Positions 37,359 to 50,735 of a stretch of DNA of 64,000 bases are shown piece after piece. The notes under the pieces were generated by a model that saw nothing but the letters and a program-made list of their open reading frames with translations, searched no databases and had not been told where the DNA came from. The position numbers were made by a program, and so were the translations under genes. Origin of the DNA: Lama glama (lineage: Eukaryota); assembly GCA_028534125.1 (NCBI GenBank), contig CM052816.1, positions 36,892,001-36,956,000 on the forward strand, in the 5' to 3' direction. Each line of letters starts with the position of its first letter. The stretch's first letter is position 1.

Positions 37359-39169
37359 AAATTTAATTAACATATTATCATAATATAGGTACTAGCATAC
37401 AAAACTTTCATTAAATGTATTTTGTACTTTGTATCATAAAAATCATTAAACAGTATTTTCAAATTTTTTTCAAAGTTATATATAATCTAATATAGAAAAT
37501 AATCTAATGAATTGATGGAAGTAAAGAATCAAATATAAATAATGTTTTTGCCTGGGAACTTAGTCATCATACCTGTGAAACAAATCAATTTTGCTCTCCA
37601 TTTCACTAAAATTGTGTCATTGGTTCTAACAAAAAAATGCAACATATATAAAAATAGCTTTCCATTCTACTGAATGAAGTTGTTACACTTAATACTATCC
37701 CATGGCTTAATGCCAGAGATTTCAGACAGCTTGAGACTTATTTTGGCTGTTCTTTTAATTGGATATTCCAGAGAAGAACCAGTTTTTAGCTTCATCAATA
37801 TGTGGATCAACTGTAGCCATTCTCAGAAAAAAATTGCATCAAAGATACAAAAATATAATTGTGAGCCTGTAATTGTCAATTTAAATGTTATTAGTTGTGT
37901 TAATTATAAATGAATGATTGATAAATCAAGTTCAGAACAGGGACTCCAGTGTGGAGGCTTGACAGTCTCTGCATGATTATTCCATCACTGCAGCCCTGTT
38001 TTGGAAAAATAGATTAAAGTTTCATGAGTGTGAAATTTAAAACCATATTCCTAGAGCTCTCAGTAAAGGACCTTTTAACTAATTTAATGAAAATGCTCCT
38101 TCTTATGGGCCTGAGGAATAAAGCCTTGGAAATTGATAAGAGACTGCCTAAAGGTGGAAGAAAAAGCTGAACCTTAGTGAGATTATCATTTCCACAAGTT
38201 TAGCCTCACAACTGCATCAGAGAACCAATAGTAATTTTATTTGCTTTGTTAATCTAGAAAGAAACCTGAGCCATTGTGCAGTGTAGAAGGTGACTATTAC
38301 CATGCAATCCGGGTGCCTTTAAGTGCCTGCTTCAATCTCAGCAAGGATGCAGGCTTCCCAGTTATTCTTGTCATTTGCCCTGCCCAACCTCCCCTCTCCC
38401 CTCTAGTATTGTCAAGTAGGACTGAAACAAAAGCATTCAAACAGAAGAGAGAATTTACAACTGATATGGAATGGAAAAAGTTAATTGGATATGTTCTATG
38501 TATGGGCACTGCTGCAATTGCTAACTGTATTCTGGTCACAGAAGAAGCCATGTGTCTAGGAACATGACGATATAGCCCCTGTTACTGGTCAATTAAGAGA
38601 TAACAACAGTGTGGCAGTAATTTGCCTCTCCATCTGCAGCAATCTGTCACTAACTCTAAAAGCTACTTATACTAGGAAGACAACCCTAAAATAACCTGGA
38701 GAATTAAGAATAAAATATAAACAACAAAGGAAGATTTCAGGCCCTATCTGCCCAGCAACAAGATCAATCTGACATTATTCACATTATTTGGTATGTCTTA
38801 AACATTATTTCTATTTCTTATAGAGGTTGAAGATAAATTTTGCCTTAAATCTATGGAAAATTATCTTTTCACTTATTATAAAACATTTGAAATATTTGCA
38901 TTTTATTATTCCTAAGAAAATTTTCAGATTTGTGAATAACACAAACATTCTGATTTCACAGGCTTACTTTATGTTAAAACATAAAACAAAACCCAAAATG
39001 AAACAGTAATTTTCAACCAGATTTAACTGTATCTCTCTATTATATCACCCCAGATAATTTCTAGAGGAAATTATTAGGTGTCATTTTTCTCATATTAATT
39101 AACTTATAAAGTAAATTTCTTACTAGTTTAATGACAAAAGAACCAATTAATTTACATATATTGATCTAC

Positions 39170-39285
39170 TTATGCCTGTGGTAAGGTACTATCTCTGTTC
39201 CCACTTTACAGATAAGGAAACTCATCTATAAGAATGGTTAAATTACTTGCCAAAGATCACATAGCTGGAATTTGAACACAATCCA
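39170..39285 (-). mobile_element. MIR SINE fragment
   Basis: cccactttacagataaggaaact...ggttaaattacttgccaaagatcacatagctggaatttgaac (MIR core). Confidence 0.8.
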
Positions 39286-39312
39286 TGTTTGTAAACTAAA
39301 AAATGTAGTCAC

Positions 39313-39442
39313 CCAGTTAACACATGATAATTATATAGCTAATCCCCCTAACAAATTTATATATGAATAATAAATTTCCAGCTGACACAGGGTAATTATG
39401 TAGTCAACCTCCCTAACAAATGTTTATGTGAATAATATATAT
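39313..39442. repeat. Two-copy 65-bp tandem duplication
   Basis: Units start at 39313 and 39378; ungapped manual alignment gives 51/65 identical positions. Confidence 0.85.
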
Positions 39443-42042
39443 TGGAAAGGTATTCAATCAAAGTGAATTATGGAGGACATCACTAATTTGTCTATGCTGG
39501 TCTTTTACTTATCTGCTGAAAGATTTAAAGAGTAGTGTTAGTAAACAATAGATTAACAGGAGGTTAACATAGCAGTACTGTTTATTAACAATATGATCAG
39601 AGTAGTTTCCCATTTTTAGACTATGATACAGAAATGCCGAATCAAAGAAGAATTACATTAGAAACAGTTGAATTCAATATAGTTGGTTTTTGTGGATGCA
39701 AAAGAATAGAAGACTTATCTTCCTCTTCCTCTCCTCTTGATCATCTTAAAAACCAAACATTTTCCCCTAACAAAAATGTTGACTAAAACCAAGACTCTAC
39801 ATTCCATGACACTATGTGTGATTAGATGTTTTCTTTATCCTCTCAGTATAAACATCATAGTGTGCCATAAATATAAAAACAGTTTGCAGCGTAGAAGTAG
39901 CTAATCATGATCTTCCTTTCTTCAGATTCTAAAAGAGGAGACTTTTTATACTTAAGGTTTAGTAAAGTTGCCATATTCATTTTCAACAAAAAATGAAAAG
40001 CCATTGAAGCCTGAAACCTAAACATTTCTTTGCTAAAAAAAATTTGCTTGAAAAACTGACAACCATAAAAATGTTAGAGAAAAAGAACATTTAATAACAA
40101 GATCATATAATCCTATCAAACTCTTCAACAAAAATAACATAGTCTTCTCTTTTGCTGTTTTCTACCAGATTTGTACATTTTGCAATGCTTTTGTTTGGAA
40201 AATGCTTGCTAAATTTCTCTGTAGGAAAATTGTTTTCAATCTTCAAATTTACATTTGACATTTTAAACTATCACTGCAATTCTCACCATTGATGCATATC
40301 ATCAGTAACTGTTTTATTTACTGTAGCTTCATGCATATGAGAACATGCTGTTAAATTTAAAATATCAGCTTTACAATGCTTCCATCTCATCAGATGAACT
40401 ATTTGAAGCAAAACTCCCTGTCAATGATATGTGATACGTAAATTTGATGAGAGTGTTTTTCAGTTAAGTTACTATGGGATTATAGGTTTCAATTTAACAT
40501 TTCAAACATTCAAACAATTCAACATTGCAGTCTTTCCTAAAGTTCTGGTTTCATTTGAGAGACCGTTCGGTTTTCATTTGAGATGACAAACTTAGTAATT
40601 ATTTTTGTTTGGAGGTAATGTTTTTGGAAGCAAATAATGGGTCTGCTAATGCTAAAAATAGCCTCTGGAAATGAACAAATAAAAAAACTTTAATAGCAAC
40701 AAGAAGAATACAGTGCTTGATATTAATGGCTAATGACAGTCATTCTTAAGGGAACTTCTTATATGTAGAAAAGGAAAAATATAAATGTACAATAAATTGT
40801 GTTACATTTTGATAGGTATATTTTGGTCAATTGGTAGTAAATGGAATGTAATAAATATCCATTATTGTTAGCAAAATTGGTATCGTTAACTAATCTGCAG
40901 CCAAACAAAACCAAAATACTGTAAGATTTCCAAAATACGTAAAAGACTTCTTTCATTAGATGAGATATTTTTTGAACAGACATGTTCAAGATCTTATGAT
41001 ATGCTGAGTATCTGAGGATACTTTGCTAGTCATTCAGACTGCTGTCTTTCTCCCGGAAGAGTTTGATCTAAACTGTAGCTTACTCCTATAAATATGAGTT
41101 GACAAGTAGTCTGTCAGATCTCCCATGTCAGGAAGTGATTAAATATTAACAAAAGAATGATAGGTCTGCTCAAATCTAAACAATATTCAACTGTCTTAAT
41201 AAAATAATGTAATAGCAATGATAGAGTTTTATCTTACTATATTTGTTGTTTGAAGTTGTATGTGCATATCATAGCAAAACAAAAGGGTACTTGTGTGTGT
41301 GTGTATACCTTATTCGTGAACCAAGTAAGCAATTCCTAAGAATGCTTTTAAGGTAATTACAATGTGTACTAAAATAGAAACTTAAAGAGAAATATCCCAC
41401 ATAGTTAAATTTATGTTTTCATTTGAAAGGTTGATTACATTTGACTTGCTTAGAACTGAAGGGTAGGTCTGGCAAATCAAATTATTTCATCTTTCAAACT
41501 GTATCCAAACATTTAAATTGACTACCTTTTAAAAATCACTATAGGTAAGTGGAAGGGATATATTCCTTTAAAGAAAGGTTTGTGAAATAACATGAAACGT
41601 TGATTGCAGCAACAAGAAAGTATAATAGTGTTCTCATGGGTACAAACAGCAAGTTAAATTTCATTGGAAAGTCAAGAATCACAACTAAGGAAATTAATAT
41701 TCTACTATAAAACCTTGACCAAATACCGTATGATTCACACCAGATATACTTGAACAAATGTTGATAAACAGATTTAGTCAGAAAGTATTAATTGTTTGCC
41801 ACTAGAAGAAAAGATTTGACAAAGACACCAAGAGGATCTTTTGAAATTCAAGTTTAAAGAAGAGCTTTGTTTTTTTAACCCCCTCAGAAATGAGTCTTTG
41901 AACACTGGCAAGAACTGCATTTACTTTCTACATCAGTTGAATAAACACTTTATTATATATACACTATATATGCAAACCTTATATATTCAGAGGCACAGAT
42001 AATTGTGTAATATTTCTTCATTTAAATGTAAATATTGCTATT

Positions 42043-42120
42043 TGTATGTGTGTTTTCAACAATATATGTGTATGTAGGTGTATGTGTGTGTATATGTATT
42101 TGTGTGTGAATATATATATT
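42043..42120. repeat. Degenerate (TG)/(TA) microsatellite
   Basis: tgtatgtgtg...atatgtgtatgtaggtgtatgtgtgtgtatatgtatttgtgtgtgaatatatatatt. Confidence 0.7.
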
Positions 42121-44094
42121 CCAGTTTCTGTGGAGAACTCTATGTGAGAAATAATTTTTTTTCTCCTGATAGTGACATACTTGCTGCTAGCATGTAGCCA
42201 TGGTTTCATAGGAAAACTATATTAAACAATATCAAGTTATTTAGTGTAACTAGACTTTAGCTGTGATTATAGATGAAGTTTGATGCTTTGGTACATACCA
42301 AATTCAAGAACAGAAATTAACCTATTTGGAGGAATTAAATTAGAGAAAGCAGCTATATTTTTATTTTCTGTGGCTTAGAGAAAAATACTAAAAATAATCA
42401 AGGTTTGTTCATAAGTTTTTAGTGACTCATAGTATTTCCTTGCATGAAACAGGCCTTGTTGTCCAAGGTTGCCTTGTAAAACATGTGCCTAGAAGAGCAG
42501 ATTTCAGATGTATTAAAAAGGCTATAATTTATTTTTTCTTTATGATAAGATGAGTTCTTGAAAAATAGAACATATCATAATTGCAGGTTATGAAGTCAAT
42601 TTGTTTAATAAGTTTTGGAATAGGAAAATAATTCGTAGCCATATTATCATAATTAAATTGAATTTGCCAAAGAGACTACATTTTACTTGTTTTGTATGTC
42701 ACTGGACTTTCATGATATTGTTTTAAAAACAAATCAAATGAGACAAAGCATGATGCTTTTAAAATATTTGTGATGTAACAACATTAACCAACAAACATCT
42801 TTATCGTATAAAAATCAATATATTTCAGATTTTAGTTTCTAAACTGGAACTCCAAATTGATCATAACTCTATTTTCTTTAATCTAGGCTGGATGAACAGA
42901 CCTAACCTTTCCATAAGGTATTCATAGTCCCAATATTATCAGTATTCTTATGCAACACTGAAAAAAAACAAAATGTAGAAGCCAGTTTTTTCCCAATGTC
43001 TTGATAAAGACATCATTACTATTCAAATGCTCTAATATCATTTTGTATAATACCTACAAATGGATTGAAGAATAAGATACTTGTTTAGAATAAAAATTTT
43101 AAATTTATTCTCTCATTTTTTTTCTGTGTTACAATTATGACAAAATAACAGTGGAGTTTTAAACTTAATATTTTTTCATAATGGACATTTATTAACTATA
43201 TTCTTCAAGCAATATTTCTTAATTCTATCTGAGTATGTGTAAATTAAGGCATGGATTTTTAACAATCAATTGTAAAAATATAGCAAAATTATTAAACTTG
43301 TATTTTAATATACATTATACATACTTAAATTATATTTTCAAATAAATGTCAATTTCTAATTTTACTGTTATAAAATCAGTCAGCTTTCATGGGTAATAGA
43401 ATATATATTAGGTAAACAGTTAAACACTTTACAAATTCATTATATCAACAGATTGTTTGGCATACTTTATCAGGAAATGAAGTGAACCGAGAAATTTTTC
43501 ATATGTTAACTCTAAATTGCACTTAGATGAATAAAATGTTATCATGGAACTGCTTTTCACTTCACAAGTATTTGAAAGATTGAAATGTATGTTAATTTTA
43601 AATGTAAAAATAAGGATCTTTGTCTTGTTATAACTAAGCAAATGGGACTTGAAATATAAAATAGAGAAAGGAAAAAAATGGCTAGGTACACAACTAGGTT
43701 TCACAAATACACTCCTATCACTTTTGCTCACCACATCACAAAATCAAAAGTAAGAGGAAATTAAAATGAGGTTTTGGTTCTCTTGAAAATCTTTGTAATT
43801 CATATCCTCTTCATTTGCTAGAATAATTATTTTGTTTCTCACCTTATAAATTCATCACCTTATAAAGCTGGGGGCAGGAAATGTAAACTTTCTAAAAGGT
43901 ATTAGAACATTCAATTCTAATTGAAATTGTAAATGCTGGACTTTGGATTAAAGCATTTTTTTATCCAATATTGCCATTATAAATTGAAAGTATTTTTATC
44001 TTATAATTTTAAAGCCTCCCATTATTTTTTTGCCTGTCATTCCCTTTACCTACTTGAAATGCACTTTAGTATTCACTATAACTAAATATTAACA

Positions 44095-44290
44095 TTCATT
44101 TAATATTCTATTTTGTCACAAATTTTTAGTGTCTGATATTTTGGGGAAAATTCACAGTCATTATTATTTCAAGTGTTGTTTCTCTTCTTTTCTATTTTTT
44201 ATCTCGTATTCCCATTACTTGTATATTACACTTTTTGTAGGTGTCCCACAAGTCTTGAATATTCTGCTCCATTTTTTTCTTTGTTGATTT
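44095..44290 (-). mobile_element. Old L1 ORF1 remnant (L1MC/MD-like)
   Basis: ttttggggaaaattcacagtcattattatttcaa...gtattcccattac...tgtcccacaagtcttgaatattctg; homologous to 19740-19885. Confidence 0.7.
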
Positions 44291-44294
44291 TACT

Positions 44295-45168
44295 TGAGCT
44301 TATTTTTTAGAGCAGTTTTAAGTTTACAGCGAAATTAAGACAGTTACAGACTTGTCTCATATACCTGTTACTCCTACACATGCATAGCTTCTTTCATTAT
44401 CATAACTCACTGAAATGGTTTTTTTTTTAACCAAGAGTGAACCTACATTGACACATCATAATCACCCAAAGTCCATTGTTTTCCTTAGGTTTCACTATTG
44501 GTGTTGTACATTCTAAAGGTTTGAAAATACATATAATGACATATACCCATCATTATAATATCACAAAGAGTATTTTCACTGCCCTGAAACTCTTCTGTCT
44601 GCCTACTTATCTCTCCCACCCACCCAGCCCAAATCTTGATAACCACTGACCTGTTTACTGTCTCCATAGTTTTGCCTTTTCCAGAATAATATGTAGTTGG
44701 TATTATACACTATGTTGCATTTCCAGATTGGCTTCTTTCACTTAGTAATATACACCTAAGTTTCCTCCATGTCTTTTATTGACTTGATAATTCATTTCTT
44801 TTTTGGACAATGAATAATATTCTGCGTGTGGATGGAGTAAAGCTTACTTACCTGTTCATCTGCTGAAGGACTGCTTGGTTGCTTCCAAGTTTTGGCAATT
44901 ATAAATAAAACTGCTATAAACAAGCGTGTGTGTTTATAACAACTTTTTGTGTGTACATACATTTTCATCTCCTTTCAGTAAATACCAAGGAATTTGATTG
45001 CTGGATTATATGTAAAAGTATGCTTAGTTTGTAAGAATCAAACTGTCTTCCAAAGTGGATGTAACATTTTACTTTCCCATGAGCAATGAATGAGATTTCC
45101 TATTGCTGGATAGCCTTGCCAGCATTTAGTATTGTTAAGGTTCTAGGATTTTGTACATTAAAATAGGA
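44295..45168 (-). mobile_element. L1MC1-type 3' end
   Basis: ttttttagagcagttttaagtttacagcgaaattaag...gaacctacattgacacatcataatcacccaaagtcc...ttccagattggcttctttcacttagtaata...tgcttccaagttttggcaatta. Confidence 0.92.
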
Positions 45169-45176
45169 CTGGGACA

Positions 45177-45232
45177 TAATGCTGTACGCCAGAAACTGAC
45201 ACACTGTAACTGACTATACAACAATAAAAAAG
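45177..45232 (+). mobile_element. Tiny young L1 3' terminus
   Basis: taatgctgtacgccagaaactgacacactgtaactgactatacaacaataaaaaa; reverse complement of the 22918-22970 tail. Confidence 0.8.
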
Positions 45233-45251
45233 GTTAATGGACAACTTAAAA

Positions 45252-45583
45252 TGTCAAATAAAGAACAAATACAAGCAAATAAGAAGAGACTTTTATTTAA
45301 AAAGACTGTTGCAAGAGAGAGACTACTCCAGATTCAAGATAAAAGGAGTAAGTATGGTTAGAAAGAACTGGTTTGGGTAGAGCGGCATAAGCAGTTAGTA
45401 GTATTGAGTTACTAAACAGGGAATGTTTTTCACTGAGGACAACAGATCCTTGAAAGGGGCTATTAAGATGGTGGTTTCATGTTCCAATGCTTACAATACC
45501 TCAAGTGTTAGCAAAAATCATCAGCTTTGGGGAGGAGAGAAGCCTGACTGAAATGTAGTCCAGTTATTTGTATGGATTTTTCA
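45252..45583 (-). mobile_element. ERV1 LTR remnant, MER31-group-like
   Basis: tgtcaaataaagaac...tttatttaaaaagactgttgcaagagagag and gaagcctgactgaaatgtagtc resemble the two ends of the 27520-28051 LTR in reverse orientation. Confidence 0.5.
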
Positions 45584-46140
45584 TCTGGATTTCCAAAGCT
45601 AGTTAGTAATATGAAATATTGCAGGAGAAATGGCTCAACAAAAAAAGAATGATCAGTTGTTTAATTTACTTATAAGTACCTAGAACTTACACAGAACAAG
45701 AATATGCTCTTCTTAAATATTTCCAACCTCATTGGTATAATATATCACAACAGGAGCTCTTTGCAGGGATATTTTGTTAAACTGTTTTCTGCTACTGCAG
45801 CTACTTAAAGTCACTAAATGTATACTTATTTTAGAAAGACTCTATATCTTATAACTCATTAATTCAAGAAGACCTTTCTTCCCAGTTATTTCAAATTAAT
45901 GAGGCTAGCTAAAAGCAGTAGAAAGGATCATAAAATAATCAAAAGGTAGATAGCAGTTGAGATTAGTGGGGTTCACACATGTGCTAATGATGAATAAGAT
46001 TGCAGATGTTCACAGAGTTTGGTAGAAGATGAGGAGGACTTCAAAATAAACCATTTAAGAGTGCTCTTTTGTGGGTTACTTAAGCTGTATTTGTTATCAA
46101 CTGACTTGTTAGTACTGTGCAGGAAGATGTTCCCACAAGG

Positions 46141-47808
46141 CAGTGGAGGCAGAATTTCTACAAAGTCAAGCAGCCTGAGCTTCAGAGGTTCTCATTTCAT
46201 AGCCCCTTCCAAGGCCCTGGGAGGAGCCCTGGCAATGGGTCCACAAGGTCCATTTTGTTGTAAATTTTGTTGAAGTAAGATATTTTAACCACAGTCACTT
46301 AAAACCACTGTTTTTTTCCACTTTGACTTACCCTTGTTGTCACTTCCCCTTGAGTCATGGTGTGCTGGTGACACTGGAAGAATCTTTTGGATCTAATTAA
46401 GTAAAAGTTAATTTTGAAATATATTCAATTTGAATCTAAAAAGGATATAATTATGTGGTTCTCATTTCTTTTATACAGGACTGAGTTACTGTAAGCTGTG
46501 CACTGTAGGAGTGGGTTCTACAAATACTTCTACTGAGGCTCACAGTGTTGACTGCACAGCACTGTACTATGTCACACAGGGCTAGGTGGTATGGTGGTGT
46601 GGGTAAGTCCTGTGGTACCTGGCATGGGAAGTGTGAGATAGTAAAGGAGGACTGAATGGGAGCAAGGAACTGGTCTATGCAAAATACTTCCCAACATCAA
46701 TTGTATAAAATGTTGTTTACACCAAATTTAACCACACCTAGTCAAAAGATAAGTTCCTTCCTACAGGGTACATAAGTATAAATGCTCCATGTGATTTTTG
46801 ACAGGACACTAAAAACTCGTAAGATACAAACCTGGATCTGTACTAAAAGTAGTACATACATCTGTTTATGGTATCACATGTTTTAGGTATTCCAACTATT
46901 GATAATAACAATAATAAAAATATGTGTTTTGATTAACTGTGCTAGAGGAAATATTGAATCATCTTTCCATATTCTGAGTAGAAAAAAATACTGTAAAAAA
47001 TTGTCATGTGAATAATTAGTCAAAGAGCATGCTTCCAAAAAATTCAGGAGAATGTATGATAATAGTATGAAAGGGAGTTAATTCATCTAAATATTATGGT
47101 ATTCATTAATATTTTTATGATGAATTTAATTTATCTTCTTTTGGTAAGCCAATTAATGGCCCTCAAAGATAACTGCTTTCAAATCCCTGACACTGTGCAT
47201 GTTACCTTATATGGCAAAAGAATTTTGCAGATGTGACTGGTTAAGAATCTTCAGATGGAGATACTATCTTGGATTATCTAAGTAGGCCCTGAATGCAATC
47301 AATAGTGTCCTTAGGATAGAGAGGTAAAGTAAGATTTGATTTAGAAAAAGAGTCAACGTGATGAGTCAAACAAGTTGCTCTAATGTTAGCTTTGAGGATG
47401 AAGGAAAGGGCCACAAGTCAGGGAACACAGGAAATGCAGTTCAAGAAGCTGGAAAAGTTAAAAAAAAAAAAGTACATTAAACAGATTTTTCTCTAGAGCC
47501 TTTAAAGAGATTATGACCCTGATGGCACTTGACTTTAGCATGAAACTGATTTTGGACTTCTGTTCTCTGGAACTGTAAGAGAATGAGCCTGCACAAAGCC
47601 ACTAAATTTGTGGTAATGTGTTACAGCAACAATACAAAACTAACACACTCCTTAAAATTTTTTTATTATGTCTTGTGATTTAATTTTTCTTTTTCAAAAT
47701 AAAGATTTATTTTGTTCCACATTTACATGACTAATATTGTGTATACTTTTTCTCAAAGATGGCTTCACCAGTAAAGTTTTTTATCTCACAAAAGCTGCCT
47801 CCAATCCT
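46141..47808 (+). mobile_element. Zaphod-like hAT-Tip100 DNA transposon remnant, interrupted by an MLT1 LTR
   Basis: gagcttcagaggttctcatttcatagccccttccaaggccctgggaggagccctggcaatg...taaattttgttgaagtaagatattttaaccaca matches the recalled Zaphod left end; an AT-rich right end resumes after 47648. Confidence 0.7.
47140..47647 (+). mobile_element. MLT1 (MLT1C/D-like) MaLR solo LTR
   Basis: atgttaccttatatggcaaaagaattttgcagatgtga...cttggattatctaagtaggccc...gccactaaatttgtggtaatgtgttacagcaacaatacaaaactaacaca; 5-bp flanks cttct/ctcct match at 4/5. Confidence 0.92.
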
Positions 47809-48039
47809 TGGTAGAGCTGCAGAGCTACTTTGAGAACATCCTTTCGTATTCATCAATGTCACCAATAAAGTCACTAATGTTAATATATGCTGTGCCTCTT
47901 CACTGTCAGGCACTGTACTAGTCATGATGGGGTGCAACACAGCCATAGGTTAGACTAGATGTCTAGTATGTTAGGTCCTGCAGAGGATACTAGGGCCACA
48001 AGTTGGTCTGATAAGTAGATGATTGGCATTTGGTGGCCC

Positions 48040-48140
48040 TATACTATCTTGGACAAGCTGCTTGATTGCTTTAAGACTTATTTTCTTCATCATGAAAGTG
48101 AAGAAATGAATTAGAATAACCATTCTGCCATCTGTGATCT
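48040..48140 (+). mobile_element. Degraded MIR-family fragment
   Basis: tcttggacaagctgcttgattgctttaagacttattttcttcatcatgaaagtg. Confidence 0.5.
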
Positions 48141-48889
48141 TGCTAAATATGTATTGTTATTTTAAGATTCCTGAAAATACAGGAGTCCAAAAAAGATAAT
48201 GTAATATTAATCATTGTTTAAGTAAGTTTTTTTTAACACAATATAGCATTTAAATCCTTATAGGATAACAAAAATTAAAGGTTATGATATTTATAACAAT
48301 TTGAGTCCTTTGGAATATGGAATTCAAAATTAACAAGGGATTTTATGGATGGTGGAAGATATGAAAAATATACTTATTTCTAAGAAGGGAGTAATAACTT
48401 TATGTCTTGTTTTCCTATTGTTTAATTCTTTGTCAAAATAAGACACTCCTTTTTAAAAAAGATAATTGTACTCATCTTTGTGAAAAAACATATCATAGTC
48501 TGTCTCACTCTCTTGATCTTGACCTCTCAATCTGTCTGTATTTCTCTTTGTTGTTCTGTAGAGAAATGTAGGAGCAAGACTCTTTATAAGAGTTATGCAC
48601 AATAGCACGATTTCTAGTGGTCAGTGTTTAAAATTTCTATTTTAACATGTATTTAGGGCCACTTGACATTTTCTTGACATAAAAAAAGAAATAAATTAAA
48701 GCTAATGACACTAAACGGGAATGATATTTCTCAAATTAGTTCTTAATTTCTCTTTTATCGGAGGCACACTCATAAGCAAGGTTGAATAAGTTCTGTTATG
48801 ATTGCTTTATCTCGTACTTCCCTTCCCAGGGGTAGTAACAGCAAAAGTATAATTTGGTTAGCTTAAAAACCTTTTCAGAAAGTTTATTG

Positions 48890-49016
48890 CAATACATACA
48901 CATGCACATATATATGAACTTTCTCAGAAACTATACATACATAACATACATTTGTGTGTGTTTGTGTATGTGAGTTTATACTTACATATGTATATATACT
49001 TACATACATATATACA
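48890..49016. repeat. Compound (CA/TA/TG) low-complexity tract
   Basis: atacatacacatgcacatatatatg...tttgtgtgtgtttgtgtatgtgag...tatgtatatatacttacatacatatatac. Confidence 0.7.
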
Positions 49017-49689
49017 ATTAACATAGAAAATATCTCTCTCAGGGGAAGAGCTGTTGCTATATTAACCAGAATTCACCTCATTCCTTATTTTTGATCTTTG
49101 TAAGTATCACAATTTCTGAATTGACAGTAAATATTAAGTAATTTCAATTTTTTCTTAAACATTAAAGTATCGAAGGTAGGATCAACATGCTTTTGCTTTG
49201 CAGTAGGAAATACCTCCTAATTTTAAGAACTACAAATGTTACCTTTTGGTAAGCATTTTATAAACATTTTTACATGCCAAGTTTGGGAACTTAGTGAAAA
49301 CAAATAATTTTAACGAATTTTAAGTTAAATAGAACATTTTAAGAAGTTATGGTAATGTGTGATTTTCATGTTACATGCTATTTAATAGTGACTTTTAATG
49401 AGTTGAATAGTTTACTGATGCTTCTTAAAATAGACCTAAGGTAGGATATGCTCATTTTCCTTTCCTATACTGGATCTGTGCAAATTGCTGTTTAAAACAT
49501 ATCTATACCAAAAAAAGAGGTGTATTTTATTAAAGAACAAATTAAATGTTGATTCACTGTAAAAGATTTTGTTAACAGAATGAATGCATGTGTGTGTATA
49601 TATGAGTGGGTGAGAGAGTGTGTGTGTGTATTTGTGTGTAAAAATTACGTTAAGTAATAGAGGGGAATTTTTCTTTTTTTTGAAAAAAT

Positions 49690-50735
49690 GTATTTCAATA
49701 AAATTTCAGATCTAAGTATGAAAATTAGAACAGTAAAACATTAAGGGGAAATCGGCTTCATGGCCTTGAAGTAGGTAAATATGTCTTTATATGTCACAAA
49801 ACTCTAGTCATAAAAGAAAAGAGTATACAAATTAGACTGTAATAAACAAAAGAACTTCTGTTCTTCAACGTACTCATCACGGGAATGGAACGACAACTCA
49901 GGAGTGGGGAGAGCTTTTCACAATACATGTAACTGATAAAGGTTGTAAATCCAGATTATGAAAAGACATCATACAAATCATTAAGAAAAGGACAACTGAA
50001 TAGAAACTGGACAAATGTTATGACCAGACAATTTACAAAAGAAAAATCAAAATGGCTAATAAACTTTTAAGAAGATGGTTGTCTTCATTAACCGTTATGG
50101 AATTTCCCATTAAAAATTCAATGTGGTACTGTGGCACACTCACCAGAATAGCTAAAATTAAAAAGACAGACAGCATCAGGCATTGGTGAGGCTGTGAAAC
50201 AAGTTAGACCATAGAACTGCAACTTGGTACAGTCACTCAGAACTTTGAGGAAGTTTTGTATAAGTTTAAACATATACCTACTCTGTTACCCAACAAAAGC
50301 ATACCTAAATATTTATCAAAGCCATTGATAAGAATCTTTACAGCAACATTAATCACAATAGCAAAAAATCTGAAACCAGCAAAGAAATGTATATCGAGTG
50401 GAATGGAATACTACCTAGCAATGAGAATGAGTGATCTAAAACAACAAACCACTATATGGATGAACTTTACAAAAGAAGTAGACACAAAAGAGGATTACTC
50501 TATTAAAAGAAAGTACTGAAACAAGCAAAACCAATGTATGGCATTAGAAATCAGGCAGGTGGTTCTGGTCAGAGAAGGAGGTAAGGGAAACAGGTGGGTT
50601 CTTAAACTACGTGGCAGTTACAACTGGTAAGTTTGATTTGCAAAAAAATTCATCAGGATTTGTAATTATGTGCATTTTACACATTATATATGTATTCTAC
50701 ATATCACACATGTATTTTACTTCAATAAAAAGTTT
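49690..50735 (+). mobile_element. Old LINE-1 (L1ME-like) ORF2 3' end and 3'UTR
   Basis: aagaacttctgttcttcaa, aaatggctaataaac, caccagaatagctaaaattaaaagacagac, tggcattagaaatcagg; ends tattttacttcaataaaaagttt. Confidence 0.85.

Noticed and set aside
38274..38567. Antiparallel 97-aa and 84-aa ORFs as coding exons
   Set aside because: No recognisable protein, no convincing flanking splice sites, and a non-ATG start for the plus ORF. Kept only as a possible non-coding element.
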